64,000 nucleotides of DNA, taken from sequence record OP752703.1; one strand, written 5' to 3'. The translations under genes and the position numbers were made by a program. Under the pieces are notes generated by a model. The model was not told where the DNA came from. It saw only the letters and a program-made list of their open reading frames with translations, and did not search any database. The number at the start of each line of letters is the position of its first letter. Position 1 is the first letter of the stretch. Positions 28,810-36,717 of the stretch are shown piece by piece.

Positions 28810-30414
28810 ATGAAAATTCTATTGATCGTTCCTGACGTTACATCAAAAAATATCCTACAATCTTATGTAGGTAATATGTCCTATAATCTCGTTAAGTATT
28901 GTGAAGACCATAATATAAATTATGATACAGACTTCACGATCATGAAAGCCATTAAAGATAAAGTCCAAGACTACACTAAAATTATTGATGGACTTGATGT
29001 TGGAAAGTATGAAGCCATTATCATTACGGGTCTGTGTACTCTGGATAAATTCCTTCCAGCAAGCTTCTCAACTTATATGAAAAGTAAGATGAAAGATAAC
29101 GCTTTATTGTGTCAGACTTCGGATTACCCTACAACAAGCCCAAGAGCCGATATAACATTCTCTACAAAGATTACTCGATCAATGAAGGGGACGCATTACA
29201 TTGGATGGGGTGCTGATCCTGATTATTACCAATCTCGACAGGAAGACAGTAACACAATCAAGGTGCTTCTAGATCATACGCATTACGTTGAAGGTCAACC
29301 CGATAGTACTGCTTCTATTCTTAAAGCTTTACGAAATATCCCGAACGTTGAGATTAAGCGAATCGGCAACAATGGAAAGATACTTGGGCCGGATGACCCG
29401 ATTGAAGTGTATGATAGAAGTGGGTTGCCGAATCAAGTCTATCGTGATTTGTTGGCGGAGACTCATGTGTTCATTCCAACCCATGTTGAATCAGTAGGAT
29501 TGAGTGTATTGGAAGCTGGTATGTCGGGCTGTCTTGTTCTAAGCCAAACAGGCTTTATCTTCCAAGATCGTTTGGATACGGTAAAGCATGTATTGTATAA
29601 CAATAAGATCGATTGGCAGAATGTTCTCTCCAACATTAATCCTGTTGAAAGTAGGCGTCAAGCAATGGATAATACGTGGGATAACGTATTCAAGAGAATG
29701 ATGGACCCAATTATGTTTAGACAAATGACAATGGACAATGTGCGTCGCAACAAGGGCAATAAGACAATGCCTTACGCCGTGTATGTTGAAGAAAAGAGTT
29801 CGGCCGATCTACTAGTTTACTTTGGTAATTACAATGGTCACATTCGAGGAATCAGTACGGTGGAAGCATTGAAGTGCAACGCTCTGTTCATGAGGTCCGA
29901 TGAAGCGACGTGGTATCTACAAGATTTCCCGTTTGGGAAGACGCCAGAAGCCGTTGCGGAGGCAATCGATACCTTCGTAGCCCAGCATCCGCACATCAAA
30001 CGTGTGGTGTTCGGTGGATTCTCAATGGGTGGTTTTGCGGCACTATTGTACGGCTCTTTCTCGAAAACTGTCAATAAAATTGTTGCCAGTTCGCCTCAAA
30101 CTAGGTTCCCTGATTTTGCAATCCAGAGTAAGGTTCCGGTAATTAACCCAGCCTTCGAGGAATACTCTACGATTAAAAAGATTTGGGATAGGACTGGCGT
30201 ACCAACCTGTCAGATATTGCTACAAGCCTGCGAGAGAAATCTAGACTACGAAGGCTTTGTAGACTATCAAGAATGTTTGGACTTGGAAGGTCCAGAAAAT
30301 GTTAAAATAAAGGTCTTCGATTGTGAGGGTCATAACGGTATCTCGACCCACCTTCTCTCAGACCTTGATTATTACAACAATATTTTCCTTTATTCGGAAT
30401 ACTTGGAGGCGTAA
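28810..30414 (+). CDS. Fusion: GT-B (GT4-like) glycosyltransferase + alpha/beta hydrolase
   Basis: MKILLIVP start; IGWGADP; HVFIPTHVESVGLSVLEAGMSGC (E-x7-E); C-part VVFGGFSMGGFAALLYG (GxSxG) and a late His (EGHNG). Confidence 0.75.
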   Translation: MKILLIVPDVTSKNILQSYVGNMSYNLVKYCEDHNINYDTDFTIMKAIKDKVQDYTKIIDGLDVGKYEAIIITGLCTLDKFLPASFSTYMKSKMKDNALLCQTSDYPTTSPRADITFSTKITRSMKGTHYIGWGADPDYYQSRQEDSNTIKVLLDHTHYVEGQPDSTASILKALRNIPNVEIKRIGNNGKILGPDDPIEVYDRSGLPNQVYRDLLAETHVFIPTHVESVGLSVLEAGMSGCLVLSQTGFIFQDRLDTVKHVLYNNKIDWQNVLSNINPVESRRQAMDNTWDNVFKRMMDPIMFRQMTMDNVRRNKGNKTMPYAVYVEEKSSADLLVYFGNYNGHIRGISTVEALKCNALFMRSDEATWYLQDFPFGKTPEAVAEAIDTFVAQHPHIKRVVFGGFSMGGFAALLYGSFSKTVNKIVASSPQTRFPDFAIQSKVPVINPAFEEYSTIKKIWDRTGVPTCQILLQACERNLDYEGFVDYQECLDLEGPENVKIKVFDCEGHNGISTHLLSDLDYYNNIFLYSEYLEA

Positions 30415-31112
30415 TAGCTTCCAAGTCTTCCTTCTAGCTTGGAGCGCCAGTCTTTGTCAAGGTTATTACTGAATTCTGCCTGTGGAAGCTTCAATACCTT
30501 GGAAATGAAATCCTTATCAGTCGCACCGATATATTCATCACGCAGCTTCTTCTTGGCTTGTTCTAATGCCATTTTACGACCAGCGTGAGCATTACTCTCT
30601 AGTTCTTTGTCAAGTTCTGAAATAGCTTGATCGTACTGACCTGTATGATCCTGAATGCCCTTTAGTAGTTCATTGTAGAATCCTTCAAAGCCATCACGGT
30701 TGTTGTGCTGGATGAATTTCTCAGTATCGGTAACGTCATATTCCTTAGTCTTATCAAAGTAAGTATTCATGTACTTGTTATATGCAGTACCGAACTGGCC
30801 GAATACATCCTTAGATGCTAGCAGACCATCAATGTCCTGACGTGCTGGAATTCTATCAGTTCCAATGACGATGCTATGACCACCATTTTTATTCTGACCT
30901 AGACGAACACCCTTTCCACCCTTACGGATAGCAACACCTAAACCTTTAAGTTTAGGCTGATTGATTAGGGAGCCAATATCAAAGTCAATTTTGTCCTCAG
31001 AATAATCAATGTGACCGTCATCGAGTGCATCAATGATCTGTTGTAGAACAACATCATGTTTCTCTAGAAGCTTTTGTGTATAGCCTTCAATCAAAAAAGT
31101 TTTAAAACTCAT
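30390..31112 (-). CDS. Probable internal head/virion protein
   Basis: MSFKTFLIE N-terminus resembles T4-type processed head proteins; ATAAATA at 31137-31143. Confidence 0.5.
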   Translation of the reverse strand: MSFKTFLIEGYTQKLLEKHDVVLQQIIDALDDGHIDYSEDKIDFDIGSLINQPKLKGLGVAIRKGGKGVRLGQNKNGGHSIVIGTDRIPARQDIDGLLASKDVFGQFGTAYNKYMNTYFDKTKEYDVTDTEKFIQHNNRDGFEGFYNELLKGIQDHTGQYDQAISELDKELESNAHAGRKMALEQAKKKLRDEYIGATDKDFISKVLKLPQAEFSNNLDKDWRSKLEGRLGSYYASKYSE

Positions 31113-31164
31113 ATTAGTGTATCCATCATTTAGCTATATTTATCAGGAATTCCGTGTATCCTTA

Positions 31165-31171
31165 ATAAATA
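31165..31171 (+). promoter_or_regulatory. Late-type box ATAAATA for the tail tube gene (divergent partner box at 31137-31143 on minus)
   Basis: Followed by AGGAG RBS and ATG 31203. Confidence 0.7.
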
Positions 31172-31202
31172 ATATTGAACATTAATCAGGAGTTCAATAT
31201 AC

Positions 31203-31787
31203 ATGGCTACACTAGTAGATTTTGGTGTCAAGGGCGCGGGTGGCGAAATCCTACAACCTCACCTAAAGAACAAGTGGAAATTAACATTTAATGGTATCGG
31301 CAACCTTGTGTCGAGCGAAGTTCTTACCTTGCAAGCCATTACATGTGACCGTCCAAAAATTTCGCATGAAGTAGTACAGCTAGACCGTTATAACTCACGT
31401 GCATACATTGCCGGTAAGTATACGTTCGAACCTATTACCATTACTCTAGAAGCTGACGTAGGCGGACTCGTCGAAGCAGCTATTCGTGCGCAGGAAGAAC
31501 TACAGCAACGCATTATCGGTTTGGGAAGCGCTCCGCGTCTACCTGCTGCTCTTGCTGGTGCTGACTACAAGTTCTCAATCACACAGTCTATCATGGACGG
31601 TGACGACCTGCCACTAAGCACATTCTATATCGAAGGTGCATGGCTAGAGAACGTGGATTGGGGCGACCTAGACTACGCCGCATCAGAAACTCTAAAGATC
31701 ACTTTAACTGTTCGTTACGACCACGCTCGTCAGGACATTAACGGTGTTCAGAAGTTGGCAATGGGCGGTCACGCTCCTATCCTATAA
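31203..31787 (+). CDS. gp19: Tail tube protein
   Basis: QPHLKNKWKLTF, DRPKI, YIAGKYTFEPITITL, IEGAW, WGDLDYA, LTVRYD. Confidence 0.85.
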   Translation: MATLVDFGVKGAGGEILQPHLKNKWKLTFNGIGNLVSSEVLTLQAITCDRPKISHEVVQLDRYNSRAYIAGKYTFEPITITLEADVGGLVEAAIRAQEELQQRIIGLGSAPRLPAALAGADYKFSITQSIMDGDDLPLSTFYIEGAWLENVDWGDLDYAASETLKITLTVRYDHARQDINGVQKLAMGGHAPIL

Positions 31788-31808
31788 CTTTAGGAAGTTG
31801 GTTCACAG

Positions 31809-31830
31809 AAAAGGGGCTTCGGCCCCTTTT
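31809..31830 (+). terminator. Intrinsic terminator, identical 22-mer to the one after the sheath gene
   Basis: AAAAGGGGCTTCGGCCCCTTTT, followed by ATAAATA at 31840-31846. Confidence 0.9.
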
Positions 31831-31862
31831 CTCATTGTAATAAATATAGAAAAAGGTTAATC

Positions 31863-32453
31863 ATGGCTAACGACACACAAAGGCGTACTCTTAGCGTATA
31901 CGATAAAATTGATGAACGCTTCTTGCGTGGTTCTGTACCCGCTGTCGTCAGTTATATTGAAAATTTGAACTTCCCTCTTTCCATGTCATTCACGGGAACC
32001 CAATCTCTAGAAACTTCTATCCAGAATGAACCTGTAGAACAGGTGTATAAGGATGACGGTATTCTATATGATTACGGAGACGGTCGAGTTTCCAAGGGCA
32101 TGCGCGGGCTTGAACTATTATCCAAGCTTTGCAAGGGAGTGTCAAACAGCGACCTATATCTTTTCAATAATGTAATTTATTCTTCCAATCCAGAAAGAGT
32201 AGCAGCAGCCAGTGATGAAGAATTATCTTGGATTGTTATCAACAATCTTGGTATGTTCGATGTTGTCAATCGTGCATCTGCGGTCGCAACTCAATCAGTT
32301 GAAGAATACAAACAAATATGCTTGCGTGTAGGGTATGCTGTCCGTTCAGGAATTTATAAGAAGGATTTGTTTGCGGCACAGCTTCGTCGTCAAAGCCGAA
32401 ACCTAGTAGCAATTGCAGCAAGAGCTAATCTAATAAACAGAGGTACAGTTTAA
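31863..32453 (+). CDS. Hypothetical late (tail/baseplate region) protein
   Basis: Late box upstream; coupled to the next gene. Confidence 0.55.
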   Translation: MANDTQRRTLSVYDKIDERFLRGSVPAVVSYIENLNFPLSMSFTGTQSLETSIQNEPVEQVYKDDGILYDYGDGRVSKGMRGLELLSKLCKGVSNSDLYLFNNVIYSSNPERVAAASDEELSWIVINNLGMFDVVNRASAVATQSVEEYKQICLRVGYAVRSGIYKKDLFAAQLRRQSRNLVAIAARANLINRGTV

Positions 32454-33220
32454 TGGCCGCGTTACCGCCAGTACGAGATACATATATTCACAATCTAGCC
32501 GCTTGGAGATTTATTAAAGATAAGTCTCCCGAGCAACCACAAGTCCAGAACATTGCAACAGAATTCGGTGGTGAAGATGCACCGAAGTTGCGTTTCCTAT
32601 TCACAGTAGCATTTGAACTTGACAATTCTCTAGGTATTGATCTAGGTCACGTCGATATGGATAAAATTCGTTATGCATGCAAGTCGGCAACCCGACCTTC
32701 GCAGACTATCGAATACCAAGACGTTAATTCGTACAACTATCGCTTTAAGGTAGCTACGAAGGTTGATAACGGCACTGCTACTGTAGTATTCTATGATGAT
32801 AACAAGAATACTGCTCTAAACATTATTCGTAACTACATGATGGCTGTCAGTCCAATTTCCCGTAGAGGGGCTGGTCCGGGGTATTACAATCAACAGGAAG
32901 ACGTTCAGCTTTGGGCTTCTATTGGTCCTCTACCTAATGAAAATCCTGATGGTTTGATTAAAACTCTTAAAGTAAGTCATCATTACAACAGTCAATACTC
33001 TACGAGTGATGCCGACCGTCAGATTGTTCACTATGACTACATCAACCCAAAGCTCCAGAATTTCATGATGGAAGATTTGGATATGTCGTCGTCGGAAGCT
33101 TCAATGATTACATTAACATTCGTCTACGATTCTGTAAATATCTGGTATACCGATGAAAGTACTGATACGTATGATTACGGATTTGGTACTGTAGGACAAT
33201 TAGAGGTTGTAAGAGAATGA
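32453..33220 (+). CDS. Tube-fold baseplate/tail-tube initiator-like protein (gp48/gp54-like)
   Basis: PKLRFLFTVAF, SATRPSQ, TVVFYDD, DLDMSSSE..ITLTFVYD. Confidence 0.6.
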   Translation: MAALPPVRDTYIHNLAAWRFIKDKSPEQPQVQNIATEFGGEDAPKLRFLFTVAFELDNSLGIDLGHVDMDKIRYACKSATRPSQTIEYQDVNSYNYRFKVATKVDNGTATVVFYDDNKNTALNIIRNYMMAVSPISRRGAGPGYYNQQEDVQLWASIGPLPNENPDGLIKTLKVSHHYNSQYSTSDADRQIVHYDYINPKLQNFMMEDLDMSSSEASMITLTFVYDSVNIWYTDESTDTYDYGFGTVGQLEVVRE

Positions 33221-33681
33221 CAAATAAAGTATCAACAGCAGACGATAACAAAAAGAGATATCCTGTTAGAAACCGTCACAAGTACATGGGTGACCCGGAT
33301 AATGTAATTATTCGATCATCATGGGAGGCCCGTGCATTTGAATTTTTTGACAACAACATCAACGTATTACGTTGGGGTTCAGAAGAAATTGCTATTGATT
33401 ACATGAAGCCACATCCCGATGGTATGATGCGCCCAGCCCGTTACTTCCCCGACATTTATGTTGAGTACGTTAATAAGGAAGGCACTATAATCAAGGAAGT
33501 CTTCGAAATCAAGCCCGAGAAATTCACAAAGAAATCTAGGGCCAGAAATGCAGAAACTAAGATGTTTGAAAATTACCAGTATATCGTCAATATGGCTAAA
33601 TTCCATGCTGCCGAAGAATGGTGTAAACGAAATGGAATGAAATTCTCAATCCTTTCCGAGAAGAGCATCTTTAGAAACTAA
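33217..33681 (+). CDS. gp4: Head completion nuclease (T4 gp4-like, TnsA-type fold)
   Basis: KYMGDP..IIRSSWE..FFDNN..WGSEE..Y..RYFPD..EIKP. Confidence 0.9.
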   Translation: MTNKVSTADDNKKRYPVRNRHKYMGDPDNVIIRSSWEARAFEFFDNNINVLRWGSEEIAIDYMKPHPDGMMRPARYFPDIYVEYVNKEGTIIKEVFEIKPEKFTKKSRARNAETKMFENYQYIVNMAKFHAAEEWCKRNGMKFSILSEKSIFRN

Positions 33682-33682
33682 G

Positions 33683-33701
33683 TATAAATAAACCATAAAT
33701 A
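33683..33701 (+). promoter_or_regulatory. Tandem late boxes TATAAATA and ATAAATA
   Basis: Exact T4 late consensus at 33683-33690, second box at 33695-33701. Confidence 0.75.
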
Positions 33702-33715
33702 AGGTGTTCAACCAA

Positions 33716-35143
33716 ATGACCAAATCTCTCAATGAAACCGCTGGCGCTGGTGCTATTGGCACAGGCAGCATTGCCGTCAATACAGGCGGACGCGGTGGTG
33801 CAGTAAGTTGGAAAGAATTGATGAAGAAGTATCAGGCTAAGAAAAATGTCGGATATAAGCCAGTCAAACCTTTCTCTATAAAGCTTGACGAAGCTTTCGA
33901 TCTACAGGACGTTTTATCACGTCTAGGTGGAATTGAAGGTAGATCAACCGATTGGGAAAATTCCCGTGATAATGTTACCTATGGCGTCGAAGACGATGAA
34001 GGTAATATTATGAAGGTTACCGTTCGTAAGCCACAGGCTAAAGAGTTCGAAGTTTATCTAGCTCAACAGCTTGGTGACCAGCAGCAAGCTTCCCTTTCGG
34101 GTGATACAGTTCAGTCAGTTTCTATGGCTGAGTTGCTATTCAATCTAAAGGATAAGTTTGATATCATCGACGTAGATTTCCCTAAGATTCCTACTGACGT
34201 TGTATATAATGCCGACAAGGCTAGCACACAAGCTCCTACGGAGCAACCGCAAGGTGGACCTATCAATGATGATCTGGTTTCTGACGATCAAGTAGGCGGT
34301 GCCGATGCTGGTATGGGTGATCTTGATGGCGCTGGCGCTCTAGGCGGTGGTGAGGATGATCTTCCTCCTGTAGGTAATAAGGGTGGAGAGATTGATCTAA
34401 ATGACGTAGAGGCCGAAGATGATATGAGCGCTCCGGGGGCTGATCTTTTAAATGGCGGAAGTAAGGGGGCTGGCGCTGATGCTGGACTTGACGGTGAAAG
34501 TGATGATCTAGGACTCGATAGCGATGCTGAGGGTGTTACTGATTTCACCGAACCTACTGAAAGTGAAGATGATTCAATTCTTAACAAGTTGATCGGGCTA
34601 ATGAAGGCTCAGGCCGAAGCCGAAACTGCTAAGGCTAATGCCGAAGCTGAAAAGGCTCGCGCTGAACAGGCAGAATCGTCTGCAAGAGCCGCTGATGCTA
34701 CCATCAGACAGGAAGAAGAAATCGCTCGCATGGAACTAGAAGATGATCGTGTGAAGGAACAAGAGAAGCGCTCTAAGCAGCTAGCAGACATTGCTAAGTT
34801 CCGCGCCAAGCAAAAGGGTGCTGGGCTTGGTCTAAATGAAGCAGACTCAAATGAAACTGCTCAGATGATCCGCCGTCAGATGCAGTTGCTACCGCAGCAG
34901 TGGGCAGTTACTCCACAGGATACTCCTGAGCAGGCTAACTATAAGAAGACACAGCGTATCAATGCTATGCGTGAATTGCAAGCTAGACTTCGTATGGCGA
35001 TAACACGTGAGGCAGAAGCACGTAGGCTAAGGGCTGAGGGTAAGAATGCCAACCCTGACCCGAATGTTCAAAAGGCTCAAAACGCTCAAATGCAAGCAAA
35101 TCAGCAGGCAGCAAATCAAGGTTCAGCACAGCAATCCGCATAA
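33716..35143 (+). CDS. Acidic, low-complexity, coiled-coil protein; probable prohead core/internal head protein
   Basis: D/G-rich middle, Ala/Glu coiled coil, several L-x-E sites (LNE, LDE), Gln-rich tail; strong late promoter. Confidence 0.55.
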   Translation: MTKSLNETAGAGAIGTGSIAVNTGGRGGAVSWKELMKKYQAKKNVGYKPVKPFSIKLDEAFDLQDVLSRLGGIEGRSTDWENSRDNVTYGVEDDEGNIMKVTVRKPQAKEFEVYLAQQLGDQQQASLSGDTVQSVSMAELLFNLKDKFDIIDVDFPKIPTDVVYNADKASTQAPTEQPQGGPINDDLVSDDQVGGADAGMGDLDGAGALGGGEDDLPPVGNKGGEIDLNDVEAEDDMSAPGADLLNGGSKGAGADAGLDGESDDLGLDSDAEGVTDFTEPTESEDDSILNKLIGLMKAQAEAETAKANAEAEKARAEQAESSARAADATIRQEEEIARMELEDDRVKEQEKRSKQLADIAKFRAKQKGAGLGLNEADSNETAQMIRRQMQLLPQQWAVTPQDTPEQANYKKTQRINAMRELQARLRMAITREAEARRLRAEGKNANPDPNVQKAQNAQMQANQQAANQGSAQQSA

Positions 35144-35162
35144 GCTGACCGGTTAGTTATAC

Positions 35163-35188
35163 AAAAGGGCCGGACTTCCGGCCCTTTC
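35163..35188 (+). terminator. Intrinsic terminator
   Basis: AAAAGGGCCGG-ACTT-CCGGCCCTTT. Confidence 0.85.
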
Positions 35189-35204
35189 TCTTAAGGAATA
35201 TACT

Positions 35205-35651
35205 ATGAAATTTAATACAATTGAAGAAATGATTACTGAAATGCAGCGAATCACTGAGGGTAACATTGCAGACTTTGATATCGACATTCGAGTTCAAAAG
35301 ATTGTAAACGAATCATTCGGTCCAAAACCCAAAGAAGTGTCAGAAAAACAAGTACAAGTTGCGTCTTTAGGCGGTGATCCGACCGTAACAGTTCAGATTG
35401 ACGAATCCCTAGATGAAAATGTTCTGTTTGTCAAGTCTTATGAGAGCATTCCTCTGTCGTGTGGTACTGGTAAAATTTCATTCTTAGGTCGTGAGATTTT
35501 TGCTAACATTTGCGAAGCAAACGAAGGCGCTCCTACTGTAAATTTGAACATCCGTGAAGGTGATGAAGTTGTAAGTAAAACTTTCAGGTTGAAATTAAAC
35601 GAGTCCGCTAGCGATAGTAAATATGTAATGATTTTAAACTCAAAGAACTAA
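35205..35651 (+). CDS. Hypothetical protein
   Basis: AAGGA RBS, 148 aa. Confidence 0.6.
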   Translation: MKFNTIEEMITEMQRITEGNIADFDIDIRVQKIVNESFGPKPKEVSEKQVQVASLGGDPTVTVQIDESLDENVLFVKSYESIPLSCGTGKISFLGREIFANICEANEGAPTVNLNIREGDEVVSKTFRLKLNESASDSKYVMILNSKN

Positions 35652-35652
35652 T

Positions 35653-36264
35653 ATGGCATCTAAATCCCCCTTTATCGTAATAGACAATTTCCTAACTCCG
35701 CTAGAATGTGAAAAAGTAGTAGAACGTTCTTTCTTCAATTTCCCCAACGAGGATGCTGACGGAAGGTCCATTAAATCAGTTACACGTAATTATGCAACCG
35801 AGGATTTGGTCCTAGAGCGCATGGACGATATCATTGATATGATGGAAGAGTACTATGAGTATGAGCATGGGGGGATTCTTCCTATAGATGTAGAGTACTA
35901 TCCTGAGAGGTCCGTTCCCGAAGGCACACGCTGCGAGAACGCACTATATAATGGGAAGTGGATGCGAGTGAACGATCATGACTTCACCGCCGTCCTTTTC
36001 TTGAAGGATGACAACATGAGTACCAACTTCGATGACTATTACGAAGTCTACGGTGCAAGATTACAGTTCCCGAACTATAATTTTTCTTTCCATCCACAAC
36101 GCGGCCAGCTAGTGATCTTCCCTAGTAGCCAACACTTCCTGAATTCAGTTCTCCCTCCTTCTATAGGTGATCTGTATCAGCTACGTATGCAGTTCGTTGG
36201 TATGAAGCCATATACTTTCGATCCAACAAAATTCCCCGGTAATCACACAACTTGGTTCAAATGA
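35653..36264 (+). CDS. 2OG-Fe(II) oxygenase (prolyl-4-hydroxylase-like) fold with apparently degenerate metal ligands
   Basis: VIDNFLTPLEC, FTAVLFLKD, GARLQFP, HPQRGQLVIFPS; RCE and FLNSV where HxD and the distal His are expected. Confidence 0.7.
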   Translation: MASKSPFIVIDNFLTPLECEKVVERSFFNFPNEDADGRSIKSVTRNYATEDLVLERMDDIIDMMEEYYEYEHGGILPIDVEYYPERSVPEGTRCENALYNGKWMRVNDHDFTAVLFLKDDNMSTNFDDYYEVYGARLQFPNYNFSFHPQRGQLVIFPSSQHFLNSVLPPSIGDLYQLRMQFVGMKPYTFDPTKFPGNHTTWFK

Positions 36265-36326
36265 GTTGTTGTTAATTATAAAAAGTTCCCTATACTTTGC
36301 CTCACCAACTAACAAGGAACTTAAAC

Positions 36327-36695
36327 ATGATTACTGAACAGACCGAATACACCCTACCGTCCAACCCGAAGGACCGCGAAAAGATCAAGCGTCAGATTGA
36401 GGATATCGTCAATCAGATGCACATGAAGGCGGCTATCGATGCTACCATCAAAGAGAAGGAAGCGTCAATGAAGGAAGAACTAGGTGTACCGCCGAAGATC
36501 ACCAAGCGTCTAGCTAAGGTTCTCTTCAAGGAACAGGTTGATGGTAATGAATTCGACAAGCAGGTAGCCGAGCATGAAACATTCTCAGACACCTTCGAGA
36601 TTCTATTCCGTGGCGCTCCCGGCCCGGTTGAACAAGAAGACCTAGAGCGTGATGAAGACGCTGACGATCAGGACGACGATAACGCACCGTTCTAA
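36327..36695 (+). CDS. dsbA: T4 DsbA-like dsDNA-binding protein with acidic tail
   Basis: IKEKEASMKEELGVPPKITKRLAKVLFK..FEILF pattern; AAGGA RBS; preceded by a TTGTTG..TATACT promoter-like element. Confidence 0.65.
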   Translation: MITEQTEYTLPSNPKDREKIKRQIEDIVNQMHMKAAIDATIKEKEASMKEELGVPPKITKRLAKVLFKEQVDGNEFDKQVAEHETFSDTFEILFRGAPGPVEQEDLERDEDADDQDDDNAPF

Positions 36696-36717
36696 TTAAA
36701 GGAAACCTGTAACAAAA

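Noticed and set aside
33217-33681. TnsA-like nuclease as a sign of a Tn7-like transposon
   Set aside because: Sequence and context match the T4 gp4 head-completion protein; no tnsBC genes or transposon ends
35653-36264. Prolyl hydroxylase acting as partner of the GT60-like enzyme (Skp1-style Hyp-GlcNAc pathway)
   Set aside because: The expected HxD/H iron ligands appear substituted, and the gene lies in the replication block; kept only as a degenerate-fold finding
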